Below, piece by piece: positions 37,324 to 47,200 of a stretch of DNA of 64,000 bases. Origin of the DNA: an uncultured Planctomycetaceae bacterium (GTDB taxonomy: Bacteria > Planctomycetota > Planctomycetia > Pirellulales > PALSA-1355). Position 1 is the first letter of the stretch; every line of letters begins with the position of its first letter. The position numbers and the translations under genes were made by a program. A model generated the notes under the pieces. It ran no database searches. It was not told where the DNA came from and worked only from the letters and a program-made list of their open reading frames with translations. The stretch covers positions 768,001-832,000 of the forward strand of contig CAWAUV010000007.1 in the NCBI GenBank assembly GCA_963785305.1, given 5' to 3'.

Positions 37324-37371
37324 CATTGTTTAGCGGCGGCGGCCGCGTTGGGGCTTAATTAGGATGTTCCA

Positions 37372-37914
37372 ATGAGATCTCCCGTTCGCAAACATCTTAA
37401 CAAGACTTTTCGGAAAGAATTCGAGAAGCGTTTTCCGGGATTCAGGTTCCTGAAGCTTCCTCGCGGCAGCGTGCTCCGTATTTGGGAGTGGCGGATCGCG
37501 GCCGGCCTTGTGTTCTATCTGGGGATTCAGCCTTTTCCTAATGAAGATTCGTTCGTGCTCGAAATCGCATGGACGACGGATGGCGAATTTCCCTGGCATG
37601 TTGTAGAATGGCCAAACATGCAAGCTCCGCGGGGGCGCGAACGGCTTGGTAAATTATGGAAGCGGTTTGGCGACGAACCTGTATGGGACGCCGCGCCCGA
37701 GATGGCCGAAGCCCAAAAAATTCGTTTCGCGGCGATGCTCCGCCGCGAGGACTTTAAATACGATCCTCCGCCGGACGTCGACATCGTGATTCCGCGGATC
37801 GCGCCGTTGGTGGACGACGCTTTGCGGAAGTTCCAGGAATACGGAATTCCCCTCTTCGAGGAAGTCGCCCGAAACCAAGGCATCCCCGATCTGAGTGAAT
37901 ACCGTAAATCTTGA
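37372..37914 (+). CDS. Hypothetical protein, probable orphan immunity gene
   Basis: 180-aa ORF between cassettes with no preceding toxin of its own. Confidence 0.55.
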   Translation: MRSPVRKHLNKTFRKEFEKRFPGFRFLKLPRGSVLRIWEWRIAAGLVFYLGIQPFPNEDSFVLEIAWTTDGEFPWHVVEWPNMQAPRGRERLGKLWKRFGDEPVWDAAPEMAEAQKIRFAAMLRREDFKYDPPPDVDIVIPRIAPLVDDALRKFQEYGIPLFEEVARNQGIPDLSEYRKS

Positions 37915-37940
37915 ACGCGACGGCAAGTTGAACGCGACAG

Positions 37941-40900
37941 CCGCCGCCATCGGCGAATATGTCGCGGCGCTTCAGACTTGGGCCGCCGGCGACACGACGG
38001 ATTCTCCGGATTGGACGAGCTTCGTGGTCTCCTCGGCCGAGGCCGAGCAAACGCAAATCCTCGCCGACAACTCCGACGATCTCGCTTACGCCGCCAGCAC
38101 CGCCCAGGCCGACGAGACGTCGGGCTTGGGCGGCGCGCTCCAAGACAAGCTCTATGCCGTGTCGCAGGCCGCCGCCGCCGCGACGATGACCGAAAACATC
38201 GCCGGCGAGGACGAGACGCGGGTCGAATCCTATTTTTCGGCGGCCCGGACGCAGCTCTCGGCCACCGTCGGCGCGACTTATACGTACGACGAGGCGGTGG
38301 CCGGCGCCGACGCCGGGCTGAGCGCCTCGCAGGCCCAGAGCAGCCAGACGCTCGAAGACGCCCAGGCGAGTAATTTTTTCACTTATCAGTCCGCCGGTTA
38401 TTCCCAAGACGCTTGGAACGCCCTGAACACTTCCGACACCCAGGCCGCCACGGCCGCCAATGAAACCATCGCCGCCGCGATCGTGGCCTGCGCCTCCGCG
38501 ATCAGCACGGCCCAAGTCGCCGAAGCCGGCACGCTTCAGTCGTCGGGCGACACTCAGGCCGGCGGCGACGAGCGGGCGGATTCGATCTTCGCCGTCGCCA
38601 TGGCGGGCGAAGTCAAGACCTTCGAATCCGCGCTGGCCACCGCCGCCTACAACCAAGACCTGGCCCTGGCCTCCGACGACAAGGCCGACGCCGACGCCTA
38701 CGCCAGCGCCGGCTATACGCAAATCATGGGCGACCCGACCTCGCCGACCGATCCCACGATGGGCGACGCCCAAGCCGCGGCCGATTACGAGACCGATTCG
38801 ACCGCGGCCGAAAACGCCTACGCCACCGGTCAGGCTGGCGACTATGTGACCACGCTCACCGAGTGGTCCGCCGGTATTACGGACCCGATGCAGTCGGCCA
38901 CGGCGGCGTACGCGGTGGCTTTGGCGGACGACGCGTTTGACAACGCCACCAGTCTGGCCAGCGCCGCCACCACGCTGGCCGCTTCCACGAACGCGGCGAA
39001 CCTGACGCTGGCCTCGCTCACGGCGGCGGCCGACGAGACACTGGCGCTCACGGAAGACGCCGACCAGTATTCGGCCGACACCGCCGGCGCGATGCCGCGC
39101 TCACCCAGGCCCAGACGATGGCCGACGCGCGGTATGCCGAAAACACGGTGGCCCTGGTGGCCGAGGCGGTTCGAGCCGAGGCGACGACCGTCGAGCAAGA
39201 CTTGGACGATTCGGCCGTGGCCCAGGCGCAGGCCGATTACGCCTATGGCGCGGCGTCGCTTCAAAGCACGTACAACGGCGATTGGCAGACTACCAATTCC
39301 GACCTCGCCTCGCTGAACGCCGCGCGGATCACGGCGATCGGCGCCGCCGCGGGCACGCAAGCGAGCGACCTCACGACCGCCGATGTCTCGCTCGCCGCGG
39401 CCGAAACCGGCGCGATCGTCTCCTTCGCCCAGGCCCAGCAAACGGCCGACGCCACGTTCGACGCCGCCGAAAACACGATCGCCAACGATCCCACGACCGG
39501 CCAAGCCGTGCTCGACGCCGCCGCCCAGCTCACCGACTCGAACGCCGACGCCCTGGCGCTGCTCGACAACACGACGGCGCTCGACGCGGCCAACCTGACC
39601 TATACCCAGTCGGCCGACGCGGCGAACGAGACGCAAGCGGCCAGCGACGCGGGCGCCGACGCCGGGTATCAAGTGGCGGTCGCCAACGTCGCCGCCGGGC
39701 AATTGTCGGCCACCGCCCTCGCGCAAGACACGCCCTGGTCGAGCTTCGCCGCCCAGTATTATCAGGCGCAGGCCAACTGGACGAGCGACACGTCGGCCGC
39801 CTTCGTGACCGATCAAACGAACGACGCCCTCGCCGATCAAACCCTGGCGGATCAAACGGCGGCGGACATCAAAGCCGAGCTCGACAACGAAGCGACCGCC
39901 GCCTACGCCTGGGCGCTCGCCGACAACTCCGCCGCGCAAGTCCAGCAGGTGAACGATTCCACGGCGGCGAGCGCCGACGACACGGCCATCGACGCCGCGT
40001 ACGACGCGCAATCCGTGGCCCTGGCCCAAAACGACGCGACGTACATGACCACGATGGTCCCGGCGGTGGATGGATATGCCCTGGCGAACATTCAAGCCGA
40101 TGCGCTGTATCAGGCCGCGCTGGCCACGGACCAATCGGATTACACCGGCCAAAGCCAGCAAGACGCCTACGACGCGTATCAAGCGTCGCTCGGTTCGAAC
40201 TACCAGAACTTGATCTCGACGCAAGGCTCGGCCGACGTGGTTTGGACCAGCGGGGCCGCGACCGCCGACGCGAACAACGCGATCGCGCTGCAAGCCGCCG
40301 CCACCGCCCAATCGATCTCGCTCGCCACCGACGCCAAGGCGTACGCCGACGTCGACGCGCGCGCGAACGAGAGCGACGCCAATAACAATGCAAGCTACGG
40401 TTACACGCTGGCCACCGAGGAAGACACGCTCGAAGCAAACGACGCGACAGCCTATTTGAACGATGAAACTTCGTTCATGGCGACGGCGCAAACAAACGCC
40501 GATTCGCAACTCGACTCGCTGATCGGCGCGGCGCCCGCCAGCGAAACAAGCCTCGCCACGTTCTTGGACCAACAGTCGCACGCGCTCGATGGTGTTATCG
40601 CCGCGATCACGTCTCCCACCGGACAAGACGCCACGCTCACCCGCGGCGCGATCGGCGCCAACGAGACCGCGGCCGACACGATCGCGCTCGACGACTACAA
40701 TCTCGCCACCAGCATCGATGGTTCGCTGCTCACCCAAACATTGTCCGACGACGCGAACCAACTCACGTTCGCCACGAATCTCGCGAACGATGAATTCAAC
40801 TATGTCACCGCCGCCGCCACCGCCGCCGTGGGCTATGAAACCGCGGTCGCGCTGGTCAACCAGAAGTACGACACCGAACTCGCCGCGGGCGACTCGAACG

Positions 40901-41292
40901 ACTACTACGCCGGTTACTGGGGCGCCATCGACGACGCCCAGCAGGATTACAACGCCGCCGCCCTCGCCGCCGTCTCGCCGATCGTTACGCAAGCCGCCAC
41001 GGACAACGACAACGCGATCATCATCTCCGTGGGAAACACGAGCGCGTTTCAATCGTCGGAAAACGGAACGATACAATCCGTGGTTACGTCCGACATCGCC
41101 AGCCTCGGCAGTGCGCTCGGCACGGACAATACGGACGCGTTCGACGCGCTCGACAACGAAGCAATTGCGTCTGCGACTGGCTTCGGTGCTGGTTATCGGG
41201 ACAATCGGGAGCCCGACGCGCTCGACAACGAAGCAATTGCGTCTGCGACGGGGTTCGCGCCGCTTGCCAGCGGTTCGCCATGGCCGGAATAG
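37941..41292 (+). pseudogene. Orphan cassette 3: stalk fragment lacking toxin tip and immunity gene
   Basis: 37941-~38913 nearly identical to 24726-~25699; the next part closely resembles cassette 2; frame ends 5 bp before the CRISPR array. Confidence 0.85.
41142..41249. repeat. 36-bp perfect direct repeat around a 36-bp unique insert
   Basis: CGACGCGCTCGACAACGAAGCAATTGCGTCTGCGAC at 41142-41177 and 41214-41249. Confidence 0.9.
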
Positions 41293-41297
41293 TTTGA

Positions 41298-44200
41298 GCT
41301 TCACTGGGGCCGCGGTCTGCTGACCGCGGAAAGAATTCGGAAATGGCGAACTATGCCGAGGCGTTGATTGGCTTCAATGGGGCCGAGGTCTGCTGACCGC
41401 GGAAAGGTAGAGAACACCGCCGCCCGCCGCACGATCCATCGGCTTCAATGGGGCCGCGGTCTGCTGACCGCGGAAAGTCCAAGGGGCCTGTCATTCAAGA
41501 TATCCACTGCGGGCTACAATGGGGCCGCGGTCTGCTGACCGCGGAAAGGGGTGCTCAAGACGTGTTCCTCGGAAGATGTTGAAAGCTTCAATGAGGCCGC
41601 GGTCTGCTGACTGCGGAAAGTCCGCTGGTCGTGATCGTGGGGGATGGCTCGTCAATCGCTTCAATGAGGCCGCGGTCTGCTGACCGCGGAAAGCGACATC
41701 GGATTCGTCGAGGCGTTCGAGGAAGAACTGGGGGCTTCAATGAGGCCGCGGTCTGCTGACCGCGGAAAGGGTGCGCTCGGCCGGGATGCGGAACCCGGTC
41801 GATCGGCTTCAATGAGGCGGCGGTCTGCTGACCGCGGAAAGGCGGGCGGCCGAGATCATCGTCGCGGCGTTTGGAAATGATCCAGGCTTCAATGAGGCCG
41901 CGGTCTGCTGACCGCGGAAAGGCCGGAACCAAAAGACGGACCGCAAACCCCTACTAGAGCTTCAATGAGGCCGCGGTCTGCTGACCGCGGAAAGCCGCGT
42001 CAACCCCTGAATCGGCTACGTGGGTGTACGCTTCAATGAGGCCGCAGTCTGCTGACCGCGGAAAGCCACCGACGGCGCGCGGCGGGCAGCCATCACGGCC
42101 GTGGCTTCAATGAGGCCGCGGTCTGCTGACCGCGGAAAGCAGATAGGTTTTGCCGGAGCCGCCCGTCGCCGTCAAGCTTCAATGAGGCCGCGGTCTGCTG
42201 ACTGCGGAAAGGCCGCCGCGTCTGAGTCTTGATCCCGTTGAGGATCGGGCTTCAATGAGGCCGCGGTCTGCTGACCGCGGAAAGCGCTGACGCCGTAGCC
42301 AAGAGTGAGGGGGGCAATGGGCTTCAATGAGGCCGCGGTCTGCTGACCGCGGAAAGATGCCGCCCGGCTAGCGACCCAGACGTTGATGATCGCTTCAATG
42401 AGGCCGCGGTCTGCTGACCGCGGAAAGATCGGAGACAAAATCGACTTCGGCTGATGAGCAAGTGCTTCAATGAGGCCGCGGTCTGCTGACCGCGGAAAGC
42501 GTGGCGGCGGCCGCCGTGCAATCGAACATCGAATTTGCTTCAATGAGGCCGCGGTCTGCTGACCGCGGAAAGCTGTTTCGAGCGAGGCGAGAAGTAGATC
42601 GCGAGAACAGCTTCAATGAGGCCGCGGTCTGCTGACCGCGGAAAGCCGAGCCGTGTTCCGTGCGACGAACGGACTGGGCGTAGCTTCAATGAGGCCGCGG
42701 TCTGCTGACCGCGGAAAGCCTCGACCGACGACGGGGATTTCCCACGGCCCATCGGCTTCAATGAGGCCGCGGTCTGCTGACCGCGGAAAGTGTTGGCTCT
42801 CGGCGAACTTCACGAAGGGACTCTCGGGCTTCAATGAGGCCGCGGTCTGCTGACCGCGGAAAGATTAAGCGGCTGATCGTGCAGATGCCTCCACGCCACG
42901 GCTTCAATGAGGCCGCGGTCTGCTGACCGCGGAAAGTGGCTTCGGCCTCGATGTGGCGGCAGCCCGAGAAGTGGCTTCAATGAGGCCGCGGTCTGCTGAC
43001 CGCGGAAAGGAACAATTCGCTGATCACTGTGACTGGAGCAAGCTCGCTTCAATGAGGCCGCGGTCTGCTGACCGCGGAAAGCGAGCACCAGCGGTAGTAC
43101 GTGCCCGGATCGAGCGCGCTTCAATGAGGCCGCGGTCTGCTGACCGCGGAAAGACACGATCTGGCCGCAATCAATCGCCAGGGCATTCCGGCTTCAATGA
43201 GGCCGCGGTCTGCTGACCGCGGAAAGGCATTTCCGACGTGGCCGAGATTCACGGCGGAGTCACGCTTCAATGAGGCCGCGGTCTGCTGACCGCGGAAAGG
43301 CGAGTGTCGCTTTTGCCCTGATGAAATCATGCTCGCTTCAATGAGGCCGCGGTCTGCTGACCGCGGAAAGGATCGTTCGCGGCCTCTCTCCAGACGTGTC
43401 ATCGAGATGCTTCAATGAGGCCGCGGTCTGCTGACCGCGGAAAGAGGCACTTGGCCTGCGACGTGCGAGAGATGCGGCGGCTTCAATGAGGCCGCGGTCT
43501 GCTGACCGCGGAAAGGCGATGGCATCCCGACGACTTGATCGGCGAACTGCTGCTTCAATGAGGCCGCGGTCTGCTGACCGCGGAAAGAGGCACTTGGCCT
43601 GCGACGTGCGAGAGATGCGGCGGCTTCAATGAGGCCGCGGTCTGCTGACCGCGGAAAGCTGGCGGCCGAGGCGCGCAGTACAGAGGGATTTCGCGGCTTC
43701 AATGAGGCCGCGGTCTGCTGACCGCGGAAAGGTAAAGCCATTCACGCCGCAGTCGAAAATGACCTGATGCTTCAATGAGGCCGCGGTCTGCTGACCGCGG
43801 AAAGGAAGGCGAATGGGTCACGAAGTGGGATGGCGCCGAGCTTCAATGAGGCCGCGGTCTGCTGACCGCGGAAAGCGCATGGACGGTGCCGTATTCGACG
43901 AACCGCGCGTAGCTTCAATGAGGCCGCGGTCTGCTGACCGCGGAAAGGACCGGCGAGCGCCTCGGCATGTTCGGCGTTGTCGGGGCTTCAATGAGGCCGC
44001 GGTCTGCTGACCGCGGAAAGTCACACGATTGCGATACGAATGATCCCGCCAATTCGGCTTCAATGAGGCCGCGGTCTGCTGACCGCGGAAAGGGGGAGCG
44101 ATTCGCGCGCGACGAGCAAATCGAACCAGCTTCAATGAGGCCGCGGTCTGCTGACCGCGGAAAGGCGGGCCCAGCTCGCGGCCAACATCGTGACCAACTC

Positions 44201-47200
44201 GCTTCAATGAGGCCGCGGTCTGCTGACCGCGGAAAGACTGCGACCCAGCGCCTCGGCACGCGACCGACGCCGCTTCAATGAGGCCGCGGTCTGCTGACCG
44301 CGGAAAGCGCTGCGCACAGTCTCAATCCGGTCCGATTTGTACTCGCTTCAATGAGGCCGCGGTCTGCTGACCGCGGAAAGGAGCAGTTCGCGGATCACTG
44401 TGATTGGAGTAAGTTGCTTCAATGAGGCCGCGGTCTGCTGACCGCGGAAAGCCCCTCTAACCATTGACGGTATCTCGCTAGATACTTAGGCTTCAATGAG
44501 GCCGCGGTCTGCTGACCGCGGAAAGCCCGAAGTAGACCTACAAAAGATGTACAACTCGGCGGGCTTCAATGAGGCCGCGGTCTGCTGACCGCGGAAAGCG
44601 CCCTCGCGCTCGATTATGAAACTGACGAGGACGGCGGCTTCAATGAGGCCGCGGTCTGCTGACCGCGGAAAGGGCGATGAACCCATTGGGGGCAACGTGT
44701 CAACGTCCGAGGCTTCAATGAGGCCGCGGTCTGCTGACCGCGGAAAGTCGCTTACCACCGAAGCGATCGTGTGGTCGGGCCGCGCTTCAATGAGGCCGCG
44801 GTCTGCTGACCGCGGAAAGCAGGGCTACACCAACTGCATCAACCAAGACACGTTGCTTCAATGAGGCCGCGGTCTGCTGACCGCGGAAAGAGTCGCTTTT
44901 CGGCAAAAACAAGCCAGTTCAGTTCGGCTTCAATGAGGCCGCGGTCTGCTGACCGCGGAAAGGAAGCCTGCATCCGACGCCCCACTATCAGGCGTGACGC
45001 TTCAATGAGGCCGCGGTCTGCTGACCGCGGAAAGGTCCCCGGCACCGAGTACACAGTCGCTGTCCATCGAGCTTCAATGAGGCCGCGGTCTGCTGACCGC
45101 GGAAAGCGGTGGAAGCTGGCCCGGGCGCGTCGCGAATTATATGCTTCAATGAGGCCGCGGTCTGCTGACCGCGGAAAGAAAGCGGCAGGAATTGGCAACG
45201 TACACACAAATAATGCTTCAATGAGGCCGCGGTCTGCTGACCGCGGAAAGACGCCGGCCATCAGCACACCGAGCTCAAGGCGATTCTGCTTCAATGAGGC
45301 CGCGGTCTGCTGACCGCGGAAAGTGGGCGAATGGTACTGCTCGGTAGACGAAGATGGCGTGCTTCAATGAGGCCGCGGTCTGCTGACCGCGGAAAGATTG
45401 CCGAACGTCGGCCTTCCACCGAAAATTTAGGTTTGCTTCAATGAGGCCGCGGTCTGCTGACCGCGGAAAGGCCTCTTGGTGCGCATTAAGGGATATGATC
45501 TTGTCGCTTCAATGAGGCCGCGGTCTGCTGACCGCGGAAAGGTGTACTTGGCTAAATAAGTGCTGCCACCCTGTTCGGGGCTTCAATGAGGCCGCGGTCT
45601 GCTGACCGCGGAAAGGCATGCGGATCGATCGATCGCGGGTTGTAGGTCGCGGCTTCAATGAGGCCGCGGTCTGCTGACCGCGGAAAGCCGCACGACCGGC
45701 GAGCCGTCGGCCACTGCGCGCCTAAGCTTCAATGAGGCCGCGGTCTGCTGACCGCGGAAAGTGGCGCCACGGTCACATTCGGTTACCTCGAAACCGAGCT
45801 TCAATGAGGCCGCGGTCTGCTGACCGCGGAAAGATCGTAGCCGGAACCTGTGAGCGATGTTGCGCATGACCGCTTCAATGAGGCCGCGGCCTGCTGACCG
45901 CGGAAAGGCGCTTGACAAGGTTTGGTCGAGCGAAGTTTTCCCCGCTTCAATGAGGCCGCGGTCTGCTGACCGCGGAAAGGACGGTCGAGAACTTATAAGC
46001 TGCGTTTCCCTCCAATGCTTCAATGAGGCCGCGGTCTGCTGACCGCGGAAAGCTCGCCCGATAACCACTTGCTCGATTGCTACGTCGGGCTTCAATGAGG
46101 CCGCGGTCTGCTGACCGCGGAAAGCATTGTCTTCGCCGCGATGGCGCGCGAGGTAATCGGGCTTCAATGAGGCCGCGGTCTGCTGACCGCGGAAAGCGGT
46201 CGGCCCTCATGAATCGCGGCGAAGCACTTGGAGCTTCAATGAGGCCGCGGTCTGCTGACCGCGGAAAGTCTTCGCGATGGTCGGAGTGCCGCTCCAATCG
46301 ATCGGCTTCAATGAGGCCGCGGTCTGCTGACCGCGGAAAGGTTATCGGCTGCGGTTCAAGCACGAATTCAAAGACATGCTTCAATGAGGCCGCGGTCTGC
46401 TGACCGCGGAAAGGCCGGAACCAAAAGACGGACCGCAAACCCCTACTAGAGCTTCAATGAGGCCGCGGTCTGCTGACCGCGGAAAGGCCATCAATGGACA
46501 ACGAGTAATCTCCAGCTAGTGAAGCTTCAATGAGGCCGCGGTCTGCTGACCGCGGAAAGACGATCATGCGTGGGCCACTCCCGAGGGAAAGATGCGCTTC
46601 AATGAGGCCGCGGTCTGCTGACCGCGGAAAGCGGTCGCGCTGCCGTCGTTGCCGGTTGCGCCCATGAACGCTTCAATGAGGCCGCGGTCTGCTGACCGCG
46701 GAAAGGTCGATAGCGGACTTGGTTCGCGAATGGGCGATCGAGCTTCAATGAGGCCGCGGTCTGCTGACCGCGGAAAGCACGCGCAGCGTCGCAAACACCG
46801 AGTAACAAACAAAGCTTCAATGAGGCCGCGGTCTGCTGACCGCGGAAAGTTCGGCGCAAGGCGCTGCCGCGAAGTGGGCGGCGTTGCTTCAATGAGGCCG
46901 CGGTCTGCTGACCGCGGAAAGGCCGTGCGGAGCGGCGGACTGTTCGGCAACCGCAGTGCTTCAATGAGGCCGCGGTCTGCTGACCGCGGAAAGAATCTGC
47001 AACCAATAAGTCCTTACTCCGCAAGGAGATGCTTCAATGAGGCCGCGGTCTGCTGACCGCGGAAAGATGCGCGTCGATCGCACACGATTTCATCGCGAGC
47101 GGGCTTCAATGAGGCCGCGGTCTGCTGACCGCGGAAAGCGACGAGCTTGTGAAGGGCCAATACTGGGAAAACGGGCTTCAATGAGGCCGCGGTCTGCTGA

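Noticed and set aside
13087..41304. Long antisense and alternate-frame ORFs over the giant gene and cassettes (e.g. 38842-41304, 21899-23290)
   Set aside because: Shadow ORFs caused by GC-rich codon bias; the plus frame carries the recognisable domains.
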